Assembly: GCA_050246315.1 (NCBI GenBank)
Contig: JBFWWG010000022.1
Coordinates: 1 to 30,588, forward strand
Origin: Nitrospiraceae bacterium
GTDB lineage: Bacteria > Nitrospirota > Nitrospiria > Nitrospirales > Nitrospiraceae
DNA: 30,588 nucleotides
Direction of reading: 5' to 3'
The notes under the pieces were generated by a model. It ran no database searches and was not told the DNA's origin. It worked only from the letters and a program-made list of their open reading frames with translations. This document shows positions 10,078 to 19,463 of this stretch, one piece after another (the first letter of the stretch is position 1; each line of letters starts with the position of its first letter). A program made the position numbers and the translations under genes.

Positions 10078-12525
10078 TCAGTTCACAAGGTTGTCGGCCG
10101 GTTGCCCCATGGGGGCTGGCATCGGGGCCTGAGGCTCGGGGAGTTGGTCCAATTTGTAGAAATCGGCAGGATCGATGCGCGGAGGCGCGACTTGGGTGGG
10201 CTCGGTCCCTTTGGCGAAGAGTTCGACGGTGCTGCGCTCGCCTGCATCTTCAGCCAGGAGGCCGGTGGACGGGTCCACCTTCACGAACATGATGTCGTCG
10301 GGAATCTGAAACGGTTCGACGGGAAGTTGCTTGAGGGCTTGCTTCATGAACGCGACCCAGATAGGAAGCGCCGCATGGGCGCCCGATTCCGTCTCCCCCA
10401 ACGATCGCCGGTCGTCGAACCCGACATAGGTCCCCACTGCCAGATTGGGTGTCATGCCTAAAAACCACGCATTGGTGAAATCGTTGGAGGTGCCTGTTTT
10501 CCCGGCCACCGGCCGATCCAATGACTTGGCCAATTGGCCCGTCCCACGCTGGACAACGTCCTCCATCATGTTGGTGATGAGGTAGGCCGTTTCCTTCGAC
10601 ATCACCGGTTTCGTCTGGACTTGGGTCTCTTCCAATGTTTTCCCGGCGCTGTCCTTCACTGAGACGATGGTATACGGCTCCGCCCGGATCCCCTGATTCC
10701 CGAACACCCCATAGACTTCGGTCAGTTCCAACAAGCTCACGCTCGACGAGCCCAGGGCCAGCGAGAGATCCGGGGCAAGCGGGCTGGTCACCCCGATTGA
10801 TTTGGCGAATTCGACCACATTGCGGATACCAACCTGGTCCAGCAGCCGCACCGTGGCGAGATTGTGCGACTGGGCCAACGCATCCCGGAGCGTGACCATG
10901 CCGTGGAAGCGGCGTCCGTAGTTTTCCGGCTTCCAGATTTTCTCTTCTTTCTCGTCCTCGTAGACTACCGGCGCATCCAGAATGAGGCTTGCAGGGCTGA
11001 GCCCCTGCGCCATGGCGGCCGCGTAAATGACGGGTTTGAACGCCGACCCCGGCTGCCGCTGCGCCATCACCGCACGATTGTATTCGCTGCGAGTGAAATC
11101 GTAGCCTCCGACCATCGCCCGAATGGCTCCGGTCCGCGGATCGGTCGCGATCAACGCGCCTTCGACCGCCGGAGTCTGCTCCAGGCGGAAATGAATCGTA
11201 TCCCGTTCGATCTTCTTGACGGCGACTTCAATCACATCGCCCGGTTTCACGAGCTGTTTGGGAGACGGTACGGTCTTCACATCCTTCACGACATCGCGCC
11301 CGATGAGCTGCCGCTGCGCCCATGCCATGTCGTCGAATGTCAACCGACCGGTCTTGTTGCCGATCTGTACCACCACATGATCCTTTGCGATCTTAATCAC
11401 GACCGCCTGCACAATGTCGCCGGGATTCGGCAACGGCGCGTCTGTCGCTCCCGCAGATAGGTCTTTCAAATCAACCGTGCTGACCGGTCCACGCCATCCT
11501 TGCCGCTTGTCCAGTTCCCGCAACCCTTCACGGACCGCCTGTTCCGCCGCCTGCTGCATGGGAAGATGCAACGTGGTATAGACCTCCAATCCTCCTTTAT
11601 ACGCAGCGGTCTCTCCGTATTTGGCTACCAGATATTGGCGGACATATTCCACGAAATAGGGCGCCACGCTGTCGGCGCTGGGTTTGCGGAACGCCAGGGC
11701 TTCATTGACCGCTTCCTCCCGTTCTAGCGGCGTAATGAATCCCGCTTCCTCCATCCTGGTCAGTACATGCTCTTGTCGCTTCTTCGCGCGCTCCGGCGAC
11801 CGAAACGGCGAATAGTGATTCGGCGACTTCGGCAATCCTGCCAGCAACGCCGCCTCCGACAGGGTCAGGTCTTTGAGGGGTTTGCCATAATAGGTCTGGG
11901 TCGCTGCGGCCACCCCATACGCCCCTTGGCCAAAGTAGATCTGATTGAGGTACAGTTCGAGGATCTGTTCTTTGCTGAGGATCAGTTCGATCTTGTAGGC
12001 TAAAATCAATTCCTTCACCTTCCGGCTGAACGTCCGCTCAGAAGAGAGAAAGAGCGACCGCGCCAGTTGCTGGGTGATGGTACTGGCGCCCTCGACACGC
12101 CCGCCTCGGCGAAGATTCGTCCACGCCGCGCGCGCGATGCCGACAACATCAAGGCCGGGATGTTCGAAGAACCGGGCGTCTTCGACTGCAATGACCGCGT
12201 TGACGAAATTCTTGGGAATCAAGTTGATCGGGGTCAGGATGCGGCGCTCGACATAGAATTGTCCGATGACCTGATGATCGTCCGAATAGACTCTCGTGAC
12301 CTGACTGGGTTGATAACCCTGCAGGATGTCCAACGAGGGCAGATCCTGCGCAAAGTAATAGAGAGTCCCCGCCGCGGAGGCTGCACCCAGGCACAGCCCG
12401 CCCATGACGACCATCGTCGCGATCTGCCACCAGCGGAATCGGCGACGACGCTCCCGGACTTCAGGCAGCGGTCCCGATGGTGGTCCTGGCGGCGGTGAAG
12501 CAGGTGGCTGGGGAAGGAGTGCCAT
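10078..12525 (-). CDS. mrcA: Class A penicillin-binding protein 1A
   Basis: N-terminal TM; transglycosylase motifs EDARFFEH and GASTITQQL; OB insert; transpeptidase motifs SAFK, SHN, KTG. Confidence 0.92.
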   Translation of the reverse strand: MALLPQPPASPPPGPPSGPLPEVRERRRRFRWWQIATMVVMGGLCLGAASAAGTLYYFAQDLPSLDILQGYQPSQVTRVYSDDHQVIGQFYVERRILTPINLIPKNFVNAVIAVEDARFFEHPGLDVVGIARAAWTNLRRGGRVEGASTITQQLARSLFLSSERTFSRKVKELILAYKIELILSKEQILELYLNQIYFGQGAYGVAAATQTYYGKPLKDLTLSEAALLAGLPKSPNHYSPFRSPERAKKRQEHVLTRMEEAGFITPLEREEAVNEALAFRKPSADSVAPYFVEYVRQYLVAKYGETAAYKGGLEVYTTLHLPMQQAAEQAVREGLRELDKRQGWRGPVSTVDLKDLSAGATDAPLPNPGDIVQAVVIKIAKDHVVVQIGNKTGRLTFDDMAWAQRQLIGRDVVKDVKTVPSPKQLVKPGDVIEVAVKKIERDTIHFRLEQTPAVEGALIATDPRTGAIRAMVGGYDFTRSEYNRAVMAQRQPGSAFKPVIYAAAMAQGLSPASLILDAPVVYEDEKEEKIWKPENYGRRFHGMVTLRDALAQSHNLATVRLLDQVGIRNVVEFAKSIGVTSPLAPDLSLALGSSSVSLLELTEVYGVFGNQGIRAEPYTIVSVKDSAGKTLEETQVQTKPVMSKETAYLITNMMEDVVQRGTGQLAKSLDRPVAGKTGTSNDFTNAWFLGMTPNLAVGTYVGFDDRRSLGETESGAHAALPIWVAFMKQALKQLPVEPFQIPDDIMFVKVDPSTGLLAEDAGERSTVELFAKGTEPTQVAPPRIDPADFYKLDQLPEPQAPMPAPMGQPADNLVN

Positions 12526-12689
12526 GCAAGTCTAGCCGAGGCGATCGTCTCGCATGCGGGGGGCAAGCGGCACGCTCGGTCACCTTACAATGGGTTGTCC
12601 CAAACTGCAAGCAACTGCGGCGCTTGGCGCGACGAGCGACCGCGGGATTCCGCCCCCTTGCTTGTGGACGCGGTCGCGCATCCAGTATA

Positions 12690-12726
12690 CTGTGTGCCGA
12701 CGCCGGCACACAGGCGTCTTTTTTTT
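12690..12726 (+). promoter_or_regulatory. Overlapping hairpins with a U-tract in the typA leader (possible attenuator)
   Basis: CTGTGTGCCG-ACGC-CGGCACACAG (12690-12713) overlaps GACGCC-N8-GGCGTC-T8 (12699-12726); TATACT at 12686-12691. Confidence 0.4.
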
Positions 12727-12759
12727 GAGCCGACCTTGCGACCTCTTGGAGCCGAGTCG

Positions 12760-14658
12760 ATGACAACCTCTCAACAGCACCCGCTTTCCCCGAAGGAATT
12801 GGACCGTCTCGGATGGGCCAAGCGTGACGACATCCGCAACCTCGCGATCATCGCCCACGTCGATCACGGTAAAACGACGCTGGTCGACGCTCTGCTTCGG
12901 CAGACCCATGTCCACCGAAAGATCGAGGATATGGGCGAGCGCATCCTGGACTCCATGGACCAGGAACGGGAGCGCGGGATCACGATCAGGGCCAAGAACG
13001 CGAGCATCACCTACAACGGCGTGAAGATCAATATCGTGGACACGCCCGGCCACGCGGACTTCGGCGGCGAAGTTGAGCGGACCTTGCGGATGGTGGACGG
13101 CGTTCTCCTGCTGGTCGATGCCAAGGAAGGCCCGATGCCTCAGACGACCTTCGTGCTGAAAAAGGCCCTGGCACTCGGCCATAAAGCCATCGTCGTCGTG
13201 AACAAAATTGACCGTCCCGACGCCGTGATCGACGATGTGGTGAACAGGACCTTCGATCTCTTCGTCCACCTCGGCGCCACCAATGAGCAACTGGATTTTC
13301 CCATCATCTATGCCTCCGCCCTTAAGGGGGTCGCGACGCTCGACGTCAACAAGCCTGGGACCGACATCACACCACTCTTGGAAGCGATCCTCGCGCACCT
13401 GCCGGCCCCGTCCATCCATCAACACATCTCGCTTCAACTTCTGGTGCTTGCGCTGGCCCAAGATCCCTACAAAGGGAAAATGGGCATCGGCAAACTGCTC
13501 GCCGGCTCCCTATCCCGCCGCCAGCAGGTGTGCGTGATACGGCGGGACGGCACCCCCGCGGTCGGCCGCGTTTCTGATCTCTCAATCTTTTCCGGGCTCG
13601 AGCGCATCGACGTCGAGCAAGTCGAGGCGGGAGAAATCGTCGCGATCGCCGGATTGCCTGACGTTCAGATCGGCGAAACCGTCACCGACCCGGTGCAACC
13701 AGCCGCCTTACCGCCCGTTGCCATCGACGAGCCGACCGTGCAAATGACTTTCGGGGTGAACACCAGCCCCTTCGCCGGTCGAGAGGGCAAATACTTGACG
13801 TCACGGCACCTCCGCGAGCGGCTCTACAAAGAGTTGGAGACGAACGTCTCGCTGCGCGTGCAGGACACGGACAGCGCCGACCGTTTTCTCGTCGCGGGCC
13901 GCGGAGAGCTCCATCTGGCTGTGTTGATCGAGCAGATGCGGCGAGAAGGCTATGAATTGCAGGTGTCTCAGCCGGAAGTGATTTTTCGCAAGGACGGTGA
14001 CGTGACGACCGAGCCCTATGAGGATCTTTCCATTCAGGTCCCCTCCGAGTATCAGGGGGCGGTCATCGAAGAGGTCGGTCGGCGACGCGGCGAGCTCCGA
14101 CACATGAAGCTGGTCCATTTCGATAGCGGGGGCAGCGAAACGCATCTCGATTACTCGATTCCGACCAGGGGCCTCATCGGCCTGAAGACCTACCTGCTGG
14201 CAAAGACGCGCGGGACGGTCATTCTCCATCACGTGTTCAAGAACTACGAACCCGTTGCGGTCCAGGACTTGGATGTCGCGCCCCACGGGTCGCTGGTCGC
14301 GTTCGAAGACGGCACCAGCACCGCCTATGCCCTGTTCATGACGCAAGAACGAGGCACTCTGTTCATCGGCCCCAGTGTGGACGTGTACCGCGGCATGGTG
14401 GTCGGCCAAAACAACCGGGATGAAGATTTGGACGTCAACGTGTGCAAGGCGAAGCATCTCACCAATATGCGAGCGTCCGGATCGGATGAAGCGTTGGTGC
14501 TGACCCCTCCGCGTGAAATGAGCCTCGAATTCGCGCTGGAGTATATCGGCCAGGACGAACTCGTCGAAATCACGCCCGAAAGCTTGCGCATCCGTAAGCG
14601 TCTTCTGAACCCTGAAGATCGCCGAAAGGCCCGGAAAGATCGCAAGGGGCAGACCTGA
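12760..14658 (+). CDS. typA: Translational GTPase TypA/BipA
   Basis: [61 protein letters not shown]. Start at MTTSQ (12760). Confidence 0.97.
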   Translation: MTTSQQHPLSPKELDRLGWAKRDDIRNLAIIAHVDHGKTTLVDALLRQTHVHRKIEDMGERILDSMDQERERGITIRAKNASITYNGVKINIVDTPGHADFGGEVERTLRMVDGVLLLVDAKEGPMPQTTFVLKKALALGHKAIVVVNKIDRPDAVIDDVVNRTFDLFVHLGATNEQLDFPIIYASALKGVATLDVNKPGTDITPLLEAILAHLPAPSIHQHISLQLLVLALAQDPYKGKMGIGKLLAGSLSRRQQVCVIRRDGTPAVGRVSDLSIFSGLERIDVEQVEAGEIVAIAGLPDVQIGETVTDPVQPAALPPVAIDEPTVQMTFGVNTSPFAGREGKYLTSRHLRERLYKELETNVSLRVQDTDSADRFLVAGRGELHLAVLIEQMRREGYELQVSQPEVIFRKDGDVTTEPYEDLSIQVPSEYQGAVIEEVGRRRGELRHMKLVHFDSGGSETHLDYSIPTRGLIGLKTYLLAKTRGTVILHHVFKNYEPVAVQDLDVAPHGSLVAFEDGTSTAYALFMTQERGTLFIGPSVDVYRGMVVGQNNRDEDLDVNVCKAKHLTNMRASGSDEALVLTPPREMSLEFALEYIGQDELVEITPESLRIRKRLLNPEDRRKARKDRKGQT

Positions 14659-14662
14659 CCGT

Positions 14663-15475
14663 GTGGGCTCGACCGCCTTCCGCCTGCACCCCATCGTGAA
14701 AATCAAACGCAAAGCCGGCCGCATCGCGAAGCCGGGACGGCCCGTCTTTATTGTGGGCTACTCGTTCGCTTCTCCCACGATCACGGACCTCCGATTCTGG
14801 TTTGATCTCGAATACGGAGGTCCGCTGAAGATCCATCCTGGACAGCCTCCGTCCTCACTCACTGAATGGATCGACGTGTCCCATACCACATGGGCGGCCA
14901 CGCTCTGTCTCGCCCTCCCAAACGAGGAGACCGAACCCTGGAAGGAACAACTGGGATGGCGGCATCCCCTGGCGGCCATGATCATGCAGCGTCAGGTGCC
15001 GCCGGGAGAGGCCATCGAGGCGCATCTGTTCGGAAGCCGGCTGGCACGAGGCCTGACCCTGCTCACAGACGGCACCGCCTACGACCTCACCGCCGGCGCG
15101 TTCTTGAATCCATCTGATTGGCGCGATCGTCCGCTGGCGTCGTTCTGTCTGGCCGATCATGTCTCGGTCGTGCAGGTGGATTCTAGCGATCCGGCTCATG
15201 AGTGTTTCCAAACACACGGCCTATCCAAATTCGGGATGGATGAACTGGAAGTCCTGAGTCCCAGAGGATTGCCCGGTCAACACACCATCGACCGACTGCT
15301 CCGAATTGCCGAAGCCTTGATGCACGGCGTTCGGACTCCGACGGTCGGCTCGACCGTTTCCCTGCCTCTCCTGGCTCTCGATCTCCATGTGATCTCGCAC
15401 CGCACGATTCCCCATGTCCGTGGTCCTCTGTCCGTTCGACGCATCGGCTGGTCTACAGGCTCTCCCGAGCGGTGA
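14663..15475 (+). CDS. Hypothetical protein (THGLxKFGxxELE motif, DUF4261-like)
   Basis: 270 aa ORF starting 4 nt after typA; protein-like composition. Family call is tentative. Confidence 0.65.
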   Translation: MGSTAFRLHPIVKIKRKAGRIAKPGRPVFIVGYSFASPTITDLRFWFDLEYGGPLKIHPGQPPSSLTEWIDVSHTTWAATLCLALPNEETEPWKEQLGWRHPLAAMIMQRQVPPGEAIEAHLFGSRLARGLTLLTDGTAYDLTAGAFLNPSDWRDRPLASFCLADHVSVVQVDSSDPAHECFQTHGLSKFGMDELEVLSPRGLPGQHTIDRLLRIAEALMHGVRTPTVGSTVSLPLLALDLHVISHRTIPHVRGPLSVRRIGWSTGSPER

Positions 15476-15611
15476 CTGCCTCAGGACGGCACGCTCTGCC
15501 TGAAGCCTGTCCACCCGGTAGGTCTTTTGCCCCGTTGACATAGATTTTCGAAGAGTGGTACCAAATTCACTTGGGTGCACCGGGTGGGTCTTCAACCAGA
15601 AGGAGGATTCG

Positions 15612-16082
15612 ATGGGTGATGTGGCAGCAGAAATAAAAGTGGGAGATACGGCTCCGGATTTCACGCTCAAGGATCAGGATCAAAAGGATGTGAAGCTCAG
15701 CGACTATCGGGGGAAGAAGAATGTCGTGTTGGCGTTCTATCCCCTTGACTGGAGCCCGGTCTGCACGAACGAAAACAAGTGCCTGACCGATGATTTCCCG
15801 AAATTTACCTCGGCCAACGCCGAGCTGTTCGGGATCAGCACGGACAGCTTCTTTTCCCACAAGGCTTGGGCCGACCACTTGGAGCTCAAGCACCGGCTCC
15901 TGGCTGATTTCAACCGTGAGGTGGTCAAGAAGTATGGCCTGTATTTCGAGCCGCTGAACTGCGGCAAGCGCGCCACGGTCATCGTGGACAAGAACGGGAA
16001 GGTCGCGTATGTGAAGGTTCAGGAGATCAAGACCGCCCGAGAGGACAAGGAGATTCTTGACGCGCTGGCGAAGCTGAACTAA
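15612..16082 (+). CDS. Peroxiredoxin (AhpC/TSA, AhpE/BCP-like)
   Basis: [24 protein letters not shown] (peroxidatic Cys), [24 protein letters not shown] at 15601; TTGACA at 15535. Confidence 0.93.
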   Translation: MGDVAAEIKVGDTAPDFTLKDQDQKDVKLSDYRGKKNVVLAFYPLDWSPVCTNENKCLTDDFPKFTSANAELFGISTDSFFSHKAWADHLELKHRLLADFNREVVKKYGLYFEPLNCGKRATVIVDKNGKVAYVKVQEIKTAREDKEILDALAKLN

Positions 16083-16093
16083 CAACCAGCCCA

Positions 16094-16156
16094 GAGTGCT
16101 GGGTGCTGAGGGTCGAGCTTTTGGCTGCCTCAGCACTCAGAACTCGGCACTCAGTA
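16094..16156. repeat. Inverted array of heptamer repeats (CTCAGCA-type)
   Basis: GAGTGCTGGGTGCTGAG (16094-16110) is the inverse of CTCAGCA-CTCAGAA-CTCGGCA-CTCAGTA (16129-16156). Confidence 0.75.
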
Positions 16157-16161
16157 CCACC

Positions 16162-16494
16162 ATGTCAGGCACCGTCGAAGACGTCAGCGATCAGAATTAT
16201 GCGCAGTTCACCGGCGCACCGGCCGCCCTAGTAGCCTATGGGTTGGCAACCTGCGAACCCTGCAATCAATACGATCCGATCTTGGAGGAAGCCGCAGCAA
16301 AGTTTCCTCAGGTGAAAGTCGGCAAGGCCAAGATGCACATTCCAGGCCGATGCCGAGAAATCAAAAAAATGCACAGCTTCGAGACCTATCCCACGACCCA
16401 CTTTTTTGCCAACGGAAAACTCTTGCTGACGCGTGAGGGCATGGTCGAAGCCGCCGAACTCTCCGCGCTCATTGCCGATCACCTCTTGAAATAG
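16162..16494 (+). CDS. Thioredoxin-fold protein (CEPC)
   Basis: CEPC active site, YPT cis-Pro motif, F.NGK; 110 aa, downstream of the peroxiredoxin. Confidence 0.85.
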   Translation: MSGTVEDVSDQNYAQFTGAPAALVAYGLATCEPCNQYDPILEEAAAKFPQVKVGKAKMHIPGRCREIKKMHSFETYPTTHFFANGKLLLTREGMVEAAELSALIADHLLK

Positions 16495-16660
16495 TGTCTC
16501 GGCGGAATTCCTCCTTCCCTCTCGCGAGGAGGAGCCCGCGCAGCGACCAGTTTCGCGAGAGAATCCCTGCGCGAGCCGTCCCGGCCTCCACCCACCTCAC
16601 CTTAGCGGATCATCGTGGCATGACCGCTTGCCGCCGAGCGACGGAGACCCTCTCCCGTCC

Positions 16661-17146
16661 TCATTTCACCAGAAACACTGACCCAGCCCGGCTAGTCCTG
16701 TGCAGCGGGCAAAACACCGCGATCGTTTCTGAATAGGATGCACGAGCCTTAAATGAGCTGTTGCTGAGCCGGACCCGATACACCTGTCCCGGCTCCACCG
16801 TTACCGAGATTGGCGCGGTGTATTGGAGTACCGTCTCGGTCGGCACCATCGAGTCGACCGGTCGGATGATCTGCTCACGTATCACAGCCTGGAGTTGTGG
16901 CATCGCAAATCCATGCGAGACATCTGTCGGATTCTCCAACACCAGCACGATCTCCTCTTGAGGAACCGCCGAGAGATCAATCGTCCCTGAAGCCGCCTCC
17001 CAGATGGGCTGATCCGCCGAAGGAATCCGCGCCACAAATCGATATTCCGCGCCAGCAGCGGGATTGAACGTCCCTGTGAGGCCCAGGAACAACCCGAGCA
17101 CCACGCTCAACGCACAGCATCGCTCGATGGTCTTCGCCGTCATCAT
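16661..17146 (-). CDS. Secreted cupredoxin-like protein, paralog 1 (diverged)
   Basis: Signal peptide; LENPTDVSHGFAMP, VTVEPGQ, FCPLH..RAGS. Collinear with the paralogs at 17343 and 19456. SD GAGGA before ATG 17146. Confidence 0.75.
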   Translation of the reverse strand: MMTAKTIERCCALSVVLGLFLGLTGTFNPAAGAEYRFVARIPSADQPIWEAASGTIDLSAVPQEEIVLVLENPTDVSHGFAMPQLQAVIREQIIRPVDSMVPTETVLQYTAPISVTVEPGQVYRVRLSNSSFKARASYSETIAVFCPLHRTSRAGSVFLVK

Positions 17147-17230
17147 CAAGAGTTCCTCTTCACTTTGATGGAACAAATGATTCGACGGTTGCGCCGTGAT
17201 CTCCGCGATCGCTTCGCAGGACCTTCGTCA

Positions 17231-17246
17231 CGCAACCGCCGAACCA
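17231..17246 (-). promoter_or_regulatory. sigma54 (-24/-12) promoter for paralog 1
   Basis: Minus strand TGGTTCGGCGGTTGCG (GG-N10-GC with TTGC), about 85 bp upstream of the ATG. Confidence 0.55.
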
Positions 17247-17342
17247 TGCTCACGCACGCTCATCAATCATCGAGCGTTCGCATCGCCCGCCGATCCCTCC
17301 AGGACTAAACGGAGGCGGCAGGGCCGACACCGCGCGAGACGC

Positions 17343-17813
17343 CTACATGACGAACATCGATCCGGCTTGATGCACATCCTTATGGATCGTGCAGAAGAAC
17401 CGGAAGGCCACGCCCGTGGATTTCGGAGCGAACAGTTCGGTCGTGTGAACCTGTAACCGCTTGCTCTCTCCCGGCTTGACAGACACCGTCATCGGCTCCA
17501 CGTACGGAATCCTCATCGGCTCGGCGATATCGCTTCCGCTTTCAGGCATCAGCACCTGCTCCCGAATAATCCTCTGGACTCCCGGCATCACGAAGACGTG
17601 CTCCGTATCGGTCGGATTCTCCAGCACAAACGTCAGACCTTCCGCGCTGTCGGCCGGCCGCTCCAACAACATGCTCTCCGTATGCCACACCGATCGATTC
17701 CCTTCAAAATCTCTCGCGACGAAATGAATTTCCTTCCCCCAAGACGGAGCGTTGAAGCTCAGCAGGAGCAGGCCAGTCAGAGCGGCGAACGAGATGCGAG
17801 TCACATGAGTCAT
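17343..17813 (-). CDS. Secreted cupredoxin-like (nitrosocyanin-like) protein, paralog 2
   Basis: Signal peptide ending PSWG-KE; LENPTDTEHVFVMP, VSVKPGE, FFCTIHKDVHQAGSM. SD AAGGAGGT before ATG 17813. Confidence 0.85.
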   Translation of the reverse strand: MTHVTRISFAALTGLLLLSFNAPSWGKEIHFVARDFEGNRSVWHTESMLLERPADSAEGLTFVLENPTDTEHVFVMPGVQRIIREQVLMPESGSDIAEPMRIPYVEPMTVSVKPGESKRLQVHTTELFAPKSTGVAFRFFCTIHKDVHQAGSMFVM

Positions 17814-17896
17814 AGCAGCAACCTCCTTCGATACAGTGAGTACGCGCCAACGGCGCGAGGTGATGATCGATCGAATCGCGGACAGCACAAGGAATG

Positions 17897-17912
17897 AGCA
17901 AGAGCGATGCCA
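17897..17912 (-). promoter_or_regulatory. sigma54 (-24/-12) promoter for paralog 2
   Basis: Minus strand TGGCATCGCTCTTGCT, near-consensus TGGCAC-N5-TTGCW. Confidence 0.85.
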
Positions 17913-18027
17913 TCCCGCCCTGCCGCATCCTTCGATGCATCTCAAGACGGAACCCACGCTGTGCCAACGTTTCTCTGCGCCGGATGTTTCAATCGGTCGG
18001 TAGAGAAGGTAAACGATGCCGATCGTC

Positions 18028-18063
18028 CCGTGGGATAGCACGGTGAACCACGAAGGATCACGG
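18028..18063. promoter_or_regulatory. Tandem enhancer-like sites (UAS): CCGT-N8-ACGG and CCAC-N8-ACGG
   Basis: CCGTGGGATAGCACGG-TGAA-CCACGAAGGATCACGG; the same architecture recurs at 20123-20158. Confidence 0.7.
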
Positions 18064-18171
18064 TTGCTCGTCGGAATCTCCTCAGCAGTGATGCCTCGCG
18101 TCCCTGGTCGGAGCCGCGCCGACACAGCAGCGACGGAATGGTTACACGGAAGGCGCCGCCTGTCGCCGGTG

Positions 18172-18187
18172 TGGCACCACGTTTGCT
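18172..18187 (+). promoter_or_regulatory. sigma54 (-24/-12) promoter, divergent from paralog 2
   Basis: TGGCACCACGTTTGCT, full match to TGGCAC-N5-TTGCT. Confidence 0.75.
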
Positions 18188-18383
18188 AAAACCTCTTGAG
18201 CGCTGTTGTCCGGATCTCATGGAATGTCCGCCAGAGCCGCAACTGCATCTGGAGGCGCCGGTCCGACGGATGGACCAGGGTGACAACCCGAATTTCAGGG
18301 GTCTACCCGCTTCCAATTCAATCAATGCTGGATAAGCTCCTCGCCCAGAATATTCGTGATCGCTTCTCCGACAACCATAAGGG

Positions 18384-19463
18384 TTGGGTTCAGGGGTGGC
18401 TCGGGCAACGGACGAACCACGCGGACCGGACAACAGCATGCTCGGAGACATCGTGCCCGACGCCGTTACGGTTTTGAATCGGTGGAACGACTTATCAAGC
18501 ACACAGGCCAGGTACACCATGGGTGCAATGGGTCACAGCCTTGATATCAGCTCCAGTGCCAATCAGACGACCCCACTGAAGGTGAATACCTCCTCGGTGA
18601 CTAAGGGAGGGCTCGATGGGTTAGGCTTCTATTGTCGCGCTCCGTCGCAACATCGACTGCAGTGCTTCATCAGGCGGATGTGGGAGAGGACCCAGGGCGT
18701 CGCCTATCACCAGAATCAGTGCCCCAACGTCAACAAATCAGGGCGGATCGGCCCGCGAGGCTATGCCTTCGAGTATGCCTGCTTGGGCAGGACCTCTCCA
18801 ACCGTCTCCGAGGACCGAAGTGGAGTGAACGGCAACCACGGGCGAAACAGCGCGCACCTGGCTTTGGTGGATCTTCGCGACAGGTTCAACCTACCGACAG
18901 ACGTCTCCGAACGGCCAGCCCCCCTCGCCCAGAGTGCGACATTCCGATTCGGCGGTAGGGACGATGACTCCGACAATACGAGGAAGCGCCGTCTTGGCAG
19001 CCTCCTCCGGGTCGAACCTGCATCCCGTTACGATCTTGTGCTCCCGGACAATCTCCGCAGGTTTAACGGCAGGAGGTTCGACAGACGACACGGTAGGGGC
19101 TTCACCAACGTAACCTTCCTACGACCCTATGCCATCCTCTCTCGTCTCGAGCAGATTTCCAGGCCAAATGTGTCTGAATCTCTCCACGGGCGTCGATCGC
19201 CCATTGGCCCGAACTCGCAGCCTTGGGGCGCCCCGGGCCCTTCTGCATCCGGCCCTCTTCTTTGGCCGGACAGCCGCCGGGAAGCCGACCAAACCATCGA
19301 CCGGGTATTCCATGTTCTGGTCGATTATGTTCGTGGCCCGATCGGCCTGTTCTCCAACCTCGGCTTGTTCCCTTTTGGTTGTCTCCATGCACCCCGTCAA
19401 GACTCTTCGCTGAAGTATGAAGTCGGCGTGGCATCTCGATTCCGGCGACGATGGATCACATGA
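18384..19463 (+). other. Long orphan open frame (359 codons); real gene or eroded pseudogene
   Basis: Stop-free 1080 bp frame with no recognisable gene on the opposite strand, downstream of a sigma54 promoter; no recognisable domain; first ATG at 18438. Confidence 0.35.

Noticed and set aside
17951..17966. TGGCACAGCGTGGGTT on the minus strand as another sigma54 site
   Set aside because: Good -24 box but no GC at -12; the site at 17897-17912 fits fully.
17814..18125. N-terminal extension of the 260 aa ORF 17343-18125
   Set aside because: The region contains the sigma54 promoter and UAS; the SD and signal peptide place the start at 17813.
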